From assembly GCF_009914755.1 (NCBI RefSeq), contig NC_060948.1: a stretch of DNA of 64,000 nucleotides; one strand, 5' to 3'. Under the pieces are notes generated by a model. It saw only the letters and a list, made by a program, of their open reading frames with translations. It was not told the origin of the DNA and did no database searches. Position 1 is the first letter of the stretch, and every line of letters begins with the position of its first letter. Position numbers and translations under genes: made by a program. Positions 14,234-28,354 of this stretch are shown piece by piece. This DNA comes from the human T2T-CHM13v2.0 reference genome, Homo sapiens.

Positions 14234-17200
14234 ATGGAATCGAATGGAAAGGACTCGAATGGAAATCACTCGAATAGAATGCAATTTAATAAAATAGGAT
14301 CAAATGTAATGGAATGGAATGGAAAGGAATCGAAACGAAAGGAATGGAGACAGATGGAATGGAATGGAACAGAGAGCAATGGTATAGAATGGAATGGAAT
14401 CATCTGGAATGGAATTGAATGGAATGGAATAACATGAAATGGAATGGAATGGAATGGAATGCCCTTGAATTAAATGGACTGGAATGGAATGGACTCGAAC
14501 AGAGTGGAATGGAAAGTGTTGAAATAGAATGGAATGGACTCCTTTGGAATGGTCTAGTATGCAATGCAATCGACTGGCAGGGAATCAAAAGGAATGTAAT
14601 CGAATGGATTGGACTGGAATGCAATGGACTCGAATAGATTGGAAACGGAATGCAAAGGAATGGAATGGAATAGTATGGAATGGAATGGAAAGGAATGGAG
14701 TGGAATAGACTAGAGTGGAATGGAATGGACTCAAAAGCAATGGACTGGAATGGAACTTTCTTGAATGGACTGGAATCAAACGGAATGGAATGCAATGCAA
14801 TCAAATGGCATGGAATAAAATAGAATGAAAGAGAATCAAACGGAATTGAATCGAATGGAATCGAATGGATTGGAAAGGAATAGAATGGAATGGAATGGAA
14901 TTGACTCAAATGGAATGGACTAGAATGGAATGGATTCGAATGGAAGGCAAAGGAATGGAATCTATTGGAATGGACTGTAATGGAATGGAATGGAAGGGAT
15001 TGGAATGGACTCGAATGGAATGGACTGCAATAGAAAGGATTCGAATGGAATGAAAAAGAATTGAATGGAATAGAACACAATGGAATCAAATCGAATGAAA
15101 TGGAATGGAATAGAAAGGAATGGAATGAAATGGAATGGAAAGGATTCGAATGGAATGCAATCGAATGGAATGGAATCGAACGGAATGTAATAAAATGGAA
15201 GAAAACTGGCAAGAAATGGAATCGAAATGAATGGAGTGTTATGGAACGGACTCAAAAGGAATTGAATGTAATAGAATGGAGTGGAGTGGACTCGAATATA
15301 ATGGACTGGAATGGAATGAAATCACATGGAATGGGAACGAATGGAATGGAATGGAAAGGAATGGAATGGAATGGAAAGGAATCGAATGGAAGGGAATGAA
15401 ATTGAATCAACAGGAATGGAAGGGAGTAGAATAGACGGTAATGGAATGGACTCGAATAGAATGCACACGAATGCTCAAATTGAATGGACTCGAATGGAAT
15501 GGAAACGAAAGGAATGTCATCGAATGGAATTGAATCGATTGGAATGAAATCGCATAGAATGCAGTGGAATCAAATGGAATTGAATCGAAAGGAAAGGAAG
15601 CGAATGGACTGAAATGAAATGGAATGGAATTGAATGGAAAGTAATGCAATGGAATAGAATGGAACGAAATTTCACGGAATGGAATCAAACTGAATGGAAT
15701 CAAATCAATGGAATATAATCAAATGGAATGGAAAGGAATTGAATGGAGTAGATTGGATTGGATGGGATTGGAATGAAATTTACTGGAAAGGACTCGAATT
15801 TCATGAAACGGAATGGAATGAATTGGAACGGAATGGACTCGAATGGAATGGAATGTCATGGAATGGCATCAAACGGAATGGCATCAAATGGGATGGAATC
15901 GAATGCAATGGAATGCTATGGAATGGAATGGAATGCATTGGAATGGAATGTCCTCTAATGGAATGGATTCGGGTGGAATGGAATCGAATATAATGGAGTC
16001 GAATGAAATGGAATTGAAAGGAATGGGATCGAATACAATGGAATATACTGGAATGTAACGTAATGAACTCGAATGTAATTAACTGGAATGGAATGTACAT
16101 GAACGGAATGTAATGGAATGGAAAGTAATCCAATGGAATAGAATTTAATGCAATAAAATTGACTGTAATAGAATAGAATGTAATGGAATGGAGTGCAGTG
16201 CAATGGAATGGAATGGAATGGAATGCAATGGAATGGAATGGAATGGAATGGAATGCAATGGGATGGAATGGTATGGAATGGATAGTAATGGACTGGAGTG
16301 AAATGGACTGGAAAGGAATGGACTCAAATTGAAAGGGCTCGAAAGGAATGGAGTCAAATGGAATGGTCTGGAATGGAATGAACACGAATGTAATGCAATC
16401 CAATAGAATGGAATCGAATGGCAAGGAATATAAAGAAATGGAATCGAAGAGAATGGAAACAAATGGAATGGAATTGAATGGAATGGAATTGAATGGAATG
16501 GGAACGAATGGAGTGAAATTGTATGCAGTAGAAGAGAATAGAATGGAATGCAAGCGAAAGGAAAGGAATGGATTGGAATGGAATGGAATTCATTGGAATG
16601 GAAGGGAATGTAGTGTAATGGACAGGCCTGGAATAAACTGGAATGCTACGGTCTCGAATGGAATAAAAATGTATGGAATGGAATGCAATGAAACGGAATC
16701 GAATGTCATAGAATGTAATGGAATGCAAAAAAATGGACTCCAAAATCATTGACTGGAAAGGCTGGGTGTCGAAAGGAATTGACTCCAATGGAATGGAATC
16801 GAATGGAATGGAAGTGAATAGAATCGAACTAAATCGAATGGAATGGAATTGATAGGAACGGAATGGAAAGGAATGCAATGATTTGGCATGGAATGGAATC
16901 GAATGGCATAGAATGGAATGGAATGGAATGCAATGGAATGGAATGTATTAGAATGTAATGAACTTTAATGGAATGTACTCGAATGGATTCGACTGGAATG
17001 GAATGTTCTGGAAGTGAATGGACTCCAATGGAATGGTTTAGAAAGGAATGGAATCGTACGGAATGGTATCCAATGGAATGGAATTAAATGGAAATGAATC
17101 AAATTGAATAGCACGGAATTGAATTGAATGGAATCGAATGCAATGGAATCTAATGAAACGGGAAGGAAAGGAATGGAATGGAATGGAATGGGCTGGAATG

Positions 17201-17782
17201 GAATGGAATCGAAACGAATGGAATGGAATCGAACTGAAGAGACTGGAATGGAATGCACTGGAATGGAAGGGAGTGTAATGGAAGGTTCTCGAAAAAAATG
17301 GAATCGAATGGAATGGAATTGAATGGAACGGAATAGAGTCGAATGGAATTGAATGGAATGGAATGGACTAGAGTGAAATGGAATCGAACCACAAGGAATG
17401 GACAGGAATAGAATGGTCTCGAATTGAATGGAATCGTATGGAATGGCATCAAACGGAATGGAATGGACAGCCACGGAATGGAATGCACTCGAATGCAATG
17501 GAGTCGAAACTAATGGACTGGAATAGAATGGACTCGACTGGTACGGACTCCAATGGAATGGAATCGAATGCAAGGGAATCGAACGGAATGGACTCGAAGG
17601 GAAAAGACTGCAATGGAAAGGTCTCGAATGGAATGGAAATTAATGGAATGGAATGGAATCGAATGAAATGGAGTCAAAAGGAATGGAATCGAATGGCAAG
17701 AAATCGAATGTAATGGAATCGCAAGGAATTGATGTGAACGGAACGGAATGGAATGGAATCCAAAGGAATGGAATAGAATGGA
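14234..17782 (+). repeat. DYZ1 unit 5 (3549 bp)
   Basis: Anchor spacing; modal length. Confidence 0.93.
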
Positions 17783-20700
17783 ATGGAATCGAATGGAAAG
17801 GACTCGAATGGAAATCACTCGAATAGAATGCAATTTAATAAAATAGGATCAAATGTAATGGAATGGAATGGAAAGGAATCGAAACGAAAGGAATGGAGAC
17901 AGATGGAATGGAATGGAACAGAGAGCAATGGTATAGAATGGAATGGAATCATCTGGAATGGAATTGAATGGAATGGAATAACATGAAATGGAATGGAATG
18001 GAATGGAATGCCCTTGAATTAAATGGACTGGAATGGAATGGACTCGAACAGAGTGGAATGGAAAGTGTTGAAATAGAATGGAATGGACTCCTTTGGAATG
18101 GTCTGGTATGCAATGCAATCGACTGGCAGGGAATCAAAAGGAATGTAATCGAATGGATTGGACTGGAATGCAATGGACTCGAATAGATTGGAAACGGAAT
18201 GCAAAGGAATGGAATGGAATAGTATGGAATGGAATGGAAAGGAATGGAGTGGAATAGACTAGAGTGGAATGGAATGGACTCAAAAGCAATGGACTGGAAT
18301 GGAACATTCTTGAATGGACTGGAATCAAACGGAATGGAATGCAATGCAATCAAATGGCATGGAATAAAATAGAATGAAAGAGAATCAAACGGAATTGAAT
18401 CGAATGGAATCGAATGGATTGGAAAGGAATGGAATGGAATGGAATGGAATTGACTCAAATGGAATGGACTAGAATGGAATGGATTCGAATGGAAGGCAAA
18501 GTAATGGAATCTATTGGAATGGACTGTAATGGAATGGAATGGAAGGGATTGGAATGGACTCGAATGGAATGGACTGCAATAGAAAGGATTCGAATGGAAT
18601 GAAAAAGAATTGAATGGAATAGAACAGAATGGAATCAAATCGAATGAAATGGAATGGAATAGAAAGGAATGGAATGAAATGGAATGGAAAGGATTCGAAT
18701 GGAATGCAATCGAATGGAATGGAATCGAACGGAATGGAATAAAATGGAAGAAAACTGGCAAGAAATGGAATCGAAATGAATGGAGTGTTATGGAACGGAC
18801 TCAAAAGGAATTGAATGTAATAGAATGGAGTGGAGTGGACTCGAATATAATGGACTGGAATGGAATGAAATCACATGGAATGGGAACGAATGGAATGGAA
18901 TGGAAAGGAATGGAATCGAATGGAAAGGAATCGAATGGAAGGGAATGAAATTGAATCAACAGGAATGGAAGGGAGTAGAATAGACGGTAATGGAATGGAC
19001 TCGAATAGAATGCACACGAATGCTCAAATTGAATGGACTTGAATGGAATGGAAACGAAAGGAATGTCATCGAATGGAATTGAATCGATTGGAATGAAATC
19101 GCATAGAATGGAGTGGAATCAAATGGAATTGAATCGAAAGGAAAGGAAGCGAATGGACTGAAATGAAATGGAATGGAATTGAATGGAAAGTAATGCAATG
19201 GAATAGAATGGAACGAAATTTCACGGAATGGAATCAAACTGAATGGAATCAAATCAATGGAATCAAATCAAATGGAATGGAAAGGAATTGAATGGAATAG
19301 ATTGGATTGGATGGGATTGGAATGAAATTTACTGGAAAGGACTCGAATTTCATGAAACGGAATGGAATGAATTGGAACGGAATGGACTCGAATGGAATGG
19401 AATGTCATGGAATGGCATCAAACGGAATGGCATCAAATGGGATGGAATCGAATGCAATGGAATGCTATGGAATGGAATGGAATGCATTGGAATGGAATGT
19501 CCTCTAATGGAATGGATTCGGGTGGAATGGAATCGAATATAATGGAGTCGAATGAAATGGAATTGAAAGGAATGGGATCGAATACAATGGAATATACTGG
19601 AATGTAACGTAATGAACTCGAATGTAATTGACTGGAATGGAATGTACATGAACGGAATGTAATCGAATGGAAAGTAATCCAATGGAATAGAATCTAATGC
19701 AATAAAATCGACTGTAATAGAATAGAATGTAATAGAATGGAGTGCAGTGCAATGGAATGGAATGGAATGGAATGCAATGGAATGGAATGGAATGGAATGG
19801 AATGCAATGGGATGGAATGGTATGGAATGGATAGTAATGGACTGGAGTGAAATGGACTGGAAAGGAATGGACTCAAATTGAAAGGGCTCGAAAGGAATGG
19901 AGTCAAATGGAATGGTCTGGAATGGAATGAACACGAATGTAATGCAATCCAATAGAATGGAATCGAATGGCATGGAATATAAAGAAATGGAATCGAAGAG
20001 AATGGAAACAAATGGAATGGAATTGAATGGAATGGAAACGAATGGAGTGAAATTGTATGCAGTAGAAGAGAATAGAATGGAATGCAAGCGAAAGGAAAGG
20101 AATGGATTGGAATGGAATGGAATTCATTGGAATGGAATGGAATGTAGTGTAATGGACAGGCCTGGAATAAAGTGGAATGCTACGGTCTCGAATGGAATAA
20201 AAATGTATGGAATGGAATGCAATGAAACGGAATCGAATGTCATAGAATGTAATGGAATGCAAAAAAATGGACTCCAAAATCATTGACTGGAAAGGCTGGG
20301 TGTCGAAAGGAATTGACTCCAATGGAATGGAATCGAATGGAATGGAAGTGAATAGAATCGAACTAAATCGAATGGAATGGAATTGATAGGAACGGAATGG
20401 AAAGGAATGCAATGATTTGGCATGGAATGGAATCGAATGGCATCGAATGGAATGGAATGGAATGCAATGGAATGGAATGTATTAGAATGTAATGAACTTT
20501 AATGGAATGTACTCGAATGGATTCGACTGGAATGGAATGTTCTGGAAGTGAATGGACTCCAATGGAATGGATTCGAAAGGAATGGAATCGTACGGAATGG
20601 TAATCAATGGAATGGAATTAAATGGAAATGAATCAAATTGAATAGAACGGAATTGAATTGAATGGAATGGAATGCAATGGAATCTAATGAAACGGAAAGG

Positions 20701-21316
20701 AAAGGAATGGAATGGAATGGAATGGGCTGGAATGGAATGGAATCGAAACGAATGGAATGGAATCGAACTGAAGAAACTGGAATGGAATGCACTGGAATGG
20801 AAGGGAGTGTAATGGAAGGTTCTCGAAAAAAATGGAATCGAATGGAATGGAATTGAATAGAACGGAATAGAGTCGAATGGAATTGAATGGAATGGAATGG
20901 ACTAGAGTGAAATGGAATCGAACCACAAGGAATGGACAGGAATAGAATGGTCTCGAATTGAATGGAATCGTATGGAATGGCATCAAACGGAATGGAATGG
21001 ACAGCCACGGAATGGAATGTACTCGAATGCAATGGAGTCGAAACTAATGGACTGGAATAGAATGGACTCGACTGGTACGGACTCCAATGGAATGGAATCG
21101 AATGGAAGGGAATCGAACGGAATGGACTCGAAGGGAAAAGACTGCAATGGAAAGGTCTCGAATGGAATGGAAATTAATGGAATGGAATGGAATCGAAGGA
21201 AATGGAGTCAAAAGGAATGGAATCGAATGGCAAGAAATCGAATGTAATGGAATCGCAAGGAATTGATGTGAACGGAACGGAATGGAATGGAATCCAAAGG
21301 AATGGAATAGAATGGA
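17783..21316 (+). repeat. DYZ1 unit 6 (3534 bp)
   Basis: Anchor spacing; -15 bp near 20020-20035. Confidence 0.93.
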
Positions 21317-24300
21317 ATGGAATCGAATGGAAAGGACTCGAATGGAAATCACTCGAATAGAATGCAATTTAATAAAATAGGATCAAATGTAATGGAATGG
21401 AATGGAAAGGAATCGAAACGAAAGGAATGGAGACAGATGGAATGGAATGGAACAGAGAGCAATGGTATAGAATGGAATGGAATCATCTGGAATGGAATTG
21501 AATGGAATGGAATAACATGAAATGGAATGGAATGCCCTTGAATTAAATGGACTGGAATGGAGTGGACTCGAACAGAGTGGAATGGAAAGTGTTGAAATAG
21601 AATGGAATGGACTCCTTTGGAATGGTCTAGTATGCAATGCAATCGACTGGCAGGGAATCAAAAGGAATGTAATCGAATGGATTGGACTGGAATGCAATGG
21701 ACTCGAATAGATTGGAAACGGAATGCAAAGGAATGGAATGGAATAGTATGGAATGGAATGGAAAGGAATGGAGTGGAATAGACTAGAGTGGAATGGAATG
21801 GACTCAAAAGCAATGGACTGGAATGGAACTTTCTTGAATGGACTGGAATCAAACGGAATGGAATGCAATGCAATCAAATGGCATGGAATAAAATAGAATG
21901 AAAGAGAATCAAACGGAATTGAATCGAATGGAATCGAATGGATTGGAAAGGAATAGAATGGAATGGAATGGAATTGACTCAAATGGAATGGACTAGAATG
22001 GAATGGATTCGAATGGAAGGCAAAGGAATGGAATCTATTGGAATGGACTGTAATGGAATGGAATGGAAGGGATTGGAATGGACTCGAATGGAATGGACTG
22101 CAATAGAAAGGATTCGAATGGAATGAAAAAGAATTGAATGGAATAGAACAGAATGGAATCAAATCGAATGAAATGGAATGGAATAGAAAGGAATGGAATG
22201 AAATGGAATGGAAAAGATTCGAATGGAATGCAATCGAATGGAATGGAATCGAACGGAATGTAATAAAATGGAAGAAAACTGGCAAGAAATGGAATCGAAA
22301 TGAATGGAGTGTTATGGAACGGACTCAAAAGGAATTGAATGTAATAGAATGGAGTGGAGTGGACTCGAATATAATGGACTGGAATGGAATGAAATCACAT
22401 GGAATGGGAACGAATGGAATGGAATGGAAAGGAATGGAATCAAATGGAAAGGAATCGAATGGAAGGGAATGAAATTGAATCAACAGGAATGGAAGGGAAT
22501 AGAATAGACGGTAATGGAATGGACTCGAATAGAATGCACACGAATGCTCAAATTGAATGGACTCGAATGGAATGGAAACGAAAGGAATGTCATCGAATGG
22601 AATTGAATCGATTGGAATGAAATCGCATAGAATGGAGTGGAATCAAATGGAATTGAATCGAAAGGAAAGGAAGCGAATGGACTGAAATGAAATGGAATGG
22701 AATTGAATGGAAAGTAATGCAATGGAATAGAATGGAACGAAATTTCACGGAATGGAATCAAACTGAATGGAATCAAATCAATGGAATATAATCAAATGGA
22801 ATGGAAAGGAATTGAATGGAGTAGATTGGATTGGATGGGATTGGAATGAAATGTACTGGAAAGGACTCGAATTTCATGAAACGGAATGGAATGAATTGGA
22901 ACGGAATGGACTCGAATGGAATGGAATGTCATGGAATGGCATCAAACGGAATGGCATCAAATGGGATGGAATCGAATGCAATGGAATGCTATGGAATGGA
23001 ATGGAATGCATTGGAATGGAATGTCCTCTAATGGAATGGATTCGGGTGGAATGGAATCGAATATAATGGAGTCGAATGAAATGGAATTGAAAGGAATGGG
23101 ATCGAATACAATGGAATATACTGGAATGTAACGTAATGAACTCGAATGTAATTGACTGGAATGGAATGTACATGAACGGAATGTAATCGAATGGAAAGTA
23201 ATCCAATGGAATAGAATCTAATGCAATAAAATTGACTGTAATAGAATAGAATGTAATGGAATGGAGTGCAGTGCAATGGAATGGAATGGAATGGAATGGA
23301 ATGCAATGGGATGGAATGGTATGGAATGGATAGTAATGGACTGGAGTGAAATGGACTGGAAAGGAATGGACTCAAATTGAAAGGGCTCGAAAGGAATGGA
23401 GTCAAATGGAATGGTCTGGAATGGAATGAACACGAATGTAATGCAATCCAATAGAATGGAATCGAATGGCATGGAATATAAAGAAATGGAATCGAAGAGA
23501 ATGGAAACAAATGGAATGGAATTGAATGGAATGGAATTGAATGGAATGGGAACGAATGGAGTGAAATTGTATGCAGTAGAAGAGAATAGAATGGAATGCA
23601 AGCGAAAGGAAAGGAATGGATTGGAATGGAATGGAATTCATTGGAATGGAAGGGAATGTAGTGTAATGGACAGGCCTGGAATAAAGTGGAATGCTACGGT
23701 CTCGAATGGAATAAAAATGTATGGAATGGAATGCAATGAAACGGAATCGAATGTCATAGAATGTAATGGAATGCAAAAAAATGGACTCCAAAATCATTGA
23801 CTGGAAAGGCTGGGTGTCGAAAGGAATTGACTCCAATGGAATGGAATCGAATGGAATGGAAGTGAATAGAATCGAACTAAATCGAATGGAATGGAATTGA
23901 TAGGAACGGAATGGAAAGGAATGCAATGATTTGGCATGGAATGGAATCGAATGGCATCGAATGGAATGGAATGGAATGCAATGGAATGGAATGTATTAGA
24001 ATGTAATGAACTTTAATGGAATGTACTCGAATGGATTCGACTGGAATGGAATGTTCTGGAAGTGAATGGACTCCAATGGAATGGATTCGAAAGGAATGGA
24101 ATCGTACGGAATGGTATCCAATGGAATGGAATTAAATGGAAATGAATCAAATTGAATAGCACGGAATTGAATTGAATGGAATCGAATGCAATGGAATCTA
24201 ATGAAACGGAAAGGAAAGGAATGGAATGGAATGGAATGGGCTGGAATGGAATGGAATCGAAACGAATGGAATGGAATCGAACTGAAGAGACTGGAATGGA

Positions 24301-24830
24301 ATGCACTGGAATGGAAGGGAGTGTAATGGAAGGTTCTCGAAAAAAATGGAATCGAATGGAATGGAATTGAATGGAACGGAATAGAGTCGAATGGAATTGA
24401 ATGGAATGGAATGGACTAGAGTGAAATGGAATCGAACCACAAGGAATGGACAGGAATAGAATGGTCTCGAATTGAATGGAATCGTATGGAATGGCATCAA
24501 ACGGAATGGAATGGACAGCCACGGAATGGAATGCACTCGAATGCAATGGAGTCGAAACTAATGGACTGGAATAGAATGGACTCGTCTGGTACGGACTCCA
24601 ATGGAATGGAATCGAATGCAAGGGAATCGAACGGAATGGACTCGAAGGGAAAAGACTGCAATGGAAAGGTCTCGAATGGAATGGAAATTAATGGAATGGA
24701 ATGGAATCGAATGAAATGGAGTCAAAAGGAATGGAATCGAATGGCAAGAAATCGAATGTAATGGAATCGCAAGGAATTGATGTGAACGGAACAGAATGGA
24801 ATGGAATCCAAAGGAATGGAATAGAATGGA
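21317..24830 (+). repeat. DYZ1 unit 7 (3514 bp)
   Basis: Anchor spacing; -10 bp near 21525 and -25 bp near 23280-23305. Confidence 0.93.
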
Positions 24831-27800
24831 ATGGAATCGAATGGAAAGGACTCGAATGGAAATCACTCGAATAGAATGCAATTTAATAAAATAGGATCAA
24901 ATGTAATGGAATGGAATGGAAAGGAATCGAAACGAAAGGAATGGAGACAGATGGAATGGAATGGAACAGAGAGCAATGGTATAGAATGGAATGGAATCAT
25001 CTGGAATGGAATTGAATGGAATGGAATAACATGAAATGGAATGGAATGCCCTTGAATTAAATGGACTGGAATGGAGTGGACTCGAACAGAGTGGAATGGA
25101 AAGTGTTGAAATAGAATGGAATGGACTCCTTTGGAATGGTCTAGTATGCAATGCAATCGACTGGCAGGGAATCAAAAGGAATGTAATCGAATGGATTGGA
25201 CTGGAATGCAATGGACTCGAATAGATTGGAAACGGAATGCAAAGGAATGGAATGGAATAGTATGGAATGGAATGGAAAGGAATGGAGTGGAATAGACTAG
25301 AGTGGAATGGAATGGACTCAAAAGCAATGGACTGGAATGGAACTTTCTTGAATGGACTGGAATCAAACGGAATGGAATGCAATGCAATCAAATGGCATGG
25401 AATAAAATAGAATGAAAGAGAATCAAACGGAATTGAATCGAATGGAATCGAATGGATTGGAAAGGAATAGAATGGAATGGAATGGAATTGACTCAAATGG
25501 AATGGACTAGAATGGAATGGATTCGAATGGAAGGCAAAGGAATGGAATCTATTGGAATGGACTGTAATGGAATGGAATGGAAGGGATTGGAATGGACTCG
25601 AATGGAATGGACTGCAATAGAAAGGATTCGAATGGAATGAAAAAGAATTGAATGGAATAGAACAGAATGGAATCAAATCGAATGAAATGGAATGGAATAG
25701 AAAGGAATGGAATGAAATGGAATGGAAAGGATTCGAATGGAATGCAATCGAATGGAATGGAATCGAACGGAATGTAATAAAATGGAAGAAAACTGGCAAG
25801 AAATGGAATCGAAATGAATGGAGTGTTATGGAACGGACTCAAAAGGAATTGAATGTAATAGAATGGAGTGGAGTGGACTCGAATATAATGGACTGGAATG
25901 GAATGAAATCACATGGAATGGGAACGAATGGAATGGAATGGAAAGGAATGGAATCAAATGGAAAGGAATCGAATGGAAGGGAATGAAATTGAATCAACAG
26001 GAATGGAAGGGAATAGAATAGACGGTAATGGAATGGACTCGAATAGAATGCACACGAATGCTCAAATTGAATGGACTCGAATGGAATGGAAACGAAAGGA
26101 ATGTCATCGAATGGAATTGAATCGATTGGAATGAAATCACATAGAATGGAGTGGAATCAAATGGAATTGAATCGAAAGGAAAGGAAGCGAATGGACTGAA
26201 ATGAAATGGAATGGAATTGAATGGAAAGTAATGCAATGGAATAGAATGGAACGAAATTTCACGGAATGGAATCAAACTGAATGGAATCAAATCAATGGAA
26301 TATAATCAAATGGAATGGAAAGGAATTGAATGGAGTAGATTGGATTGGATGGGATTGGAATGAAATTTACTGGAAAGGACTCGAATTTCATGAAACGGAA
26401 TGGAATGAATTGGAACGGAATGGACTCGAATGGAATGGAATGTCATGGAATGGCATCAAACGGAATGGCATCAAATGGGATGGAATCGAATGCAATGGAA
26501 TGCTATGGAATGGAATGGAATGCATTGGAATGGAATGTCCTCTAATGGAATGGATTCGAGTGGAATGGAATCGAATATAATGGAGTCGAATGAAATGGAA
26601 TTGAAAGGAATGGGATCGAATACAATGGAATATACTGGAATGTAACGTAATGAACTCGAATGTAATTGACTGGAATGGAATGTACATGAATGGAATGTAA
26701 TCGAATGGAAAGTAATCCAATGGAATAGAATCTAATGCAATAAAATCGACTGTAATAGAATAGAATGTAATGGAATGGAGAGCAGTGCAATGGAATGGAA
26801 TGGAACGGAATGCAATGGAATGGAATGGAATGGAATGGAATGCAATGGGATGGAATGGTATGGAATGGATAGTAATGGACTGGAGTGAAATGGACTGGAA
26901 AGGAATGGACTCAAATTGAAAGGGCTCGAAAGGAATGGAGTCAAATGGAATGGTCTGGAATGGAATGAACACGAATGTAATGCAATCCAATAGAATGGAA
27001 TCGAATGGCATGGAATATAAAGAAATGGAATCGAAGAGAATGGAAACAAATGGAATGGAATTGAATGGAATGGGAACGAATGGAGTGAAATTGTATGCAG
27101 TAGAAGAGAATAGAATGGAATGCAAGCGAAAGGAAAGGAATGGATTGGAATGGAATGTAATTCATTGGAATGGAAGGGAATGTAGTGTAATGGACAGGCC
27201 TGGAATAAAGTGGAATGCTACGGTCTCGAATGGAATAAAAATGTATGGAATGGAATGCAATGAAACGGAATCGAATGTCATAGAATGTAATGGAATGCAA
27301 AAAAATGGACTCCAAAATCATTGACTGGAAAGGCTGGGTGTCGAAAGGAATTGACTCCAATGGAATGGAATCGAATGGAATGGAAGTGAATAGAATCGAA
27401 CTAAATCGAATGGAATGGAATTGATAGGAACGGAATAGAAAGGAATGCAATGATTTGGCATGGAATGGAATCGAATGGCATCGAATGGAATGGAATGGAA
27501 TGCAATGGAATGGAATGTATTAGAATGTAATGAACTTTAATGGAATGTACTCGAATGGATTCGACTGGAATGGAATGTTCTGGAAGTGAATGGACTCCAA
27601 TGGAATGGATTCGAAAGGAATGGAATCGTACGGAATGGTAACCAATGGAATGGAATTAAATGGAAATGAATCAAATTGAATAGAACGGAATTGAATTGAA
27701 TGGAATCGAATGCAATGGAATCTAATGAAACGGAAAGAAAAGGAATGGAATGGAATGGAATGGGCTGGAATGGAATGGAATCGAAACGAATGGAATGGAA

Positions 27801-28354
27801 TCGAACTGAAGAGACTGGAATGGAATGCACTGGAATGGAAGGGAGTGTAATGGAAGGTTCTCGAAAAAAATGGAAACGAATGGAATGGAATTGAATGGAA
27901 CGGAATAGAGTCGAATGGAATTGAATGGAATGGAATGGACTAGAGTGAAATGGAATCGAACCACAAGGAATGGACAGGAATAGAATGGTCTCGAATTGAA
28001 TGGAATCGTATGGAATGGCATCAAACGGAATGGAATGGACAGCCACGGAATGGAATGTACTCGAATGCAATGGAGTCGAAACTAATGGACTGGAATAGAA
28101 TGGACTCGACTGGTACGGACTCCAATGGAATGGAATCGAATGGAAGGGAATCGAACGGAATGGACTCGAAGGGAAAAGACTGCAATGGAAAGGTCTCGAA
28201 TGGAATGGAAATTAATGGAATGGAATGGAATCGAAGGAAATGGAGTCAAAAGGAATGGAATCGAATGGCAAGAAATCGAATGTAATGGAATCGCAAGGAA
28301 TTGATGTGAACGGAACGGAATGGAATGGAATCCAAAGGAATGGAATAGAATGGA
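24831..28354 (+). repeat. DYZ1 unit 8 (3524 bp; EcoRI site lost)
   Basis: Anchor spacing; -10 bp near 25040, -15 bp near 27060; TAATTC instead of GAATTC at 27158-27163. Confidence 0.93.
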
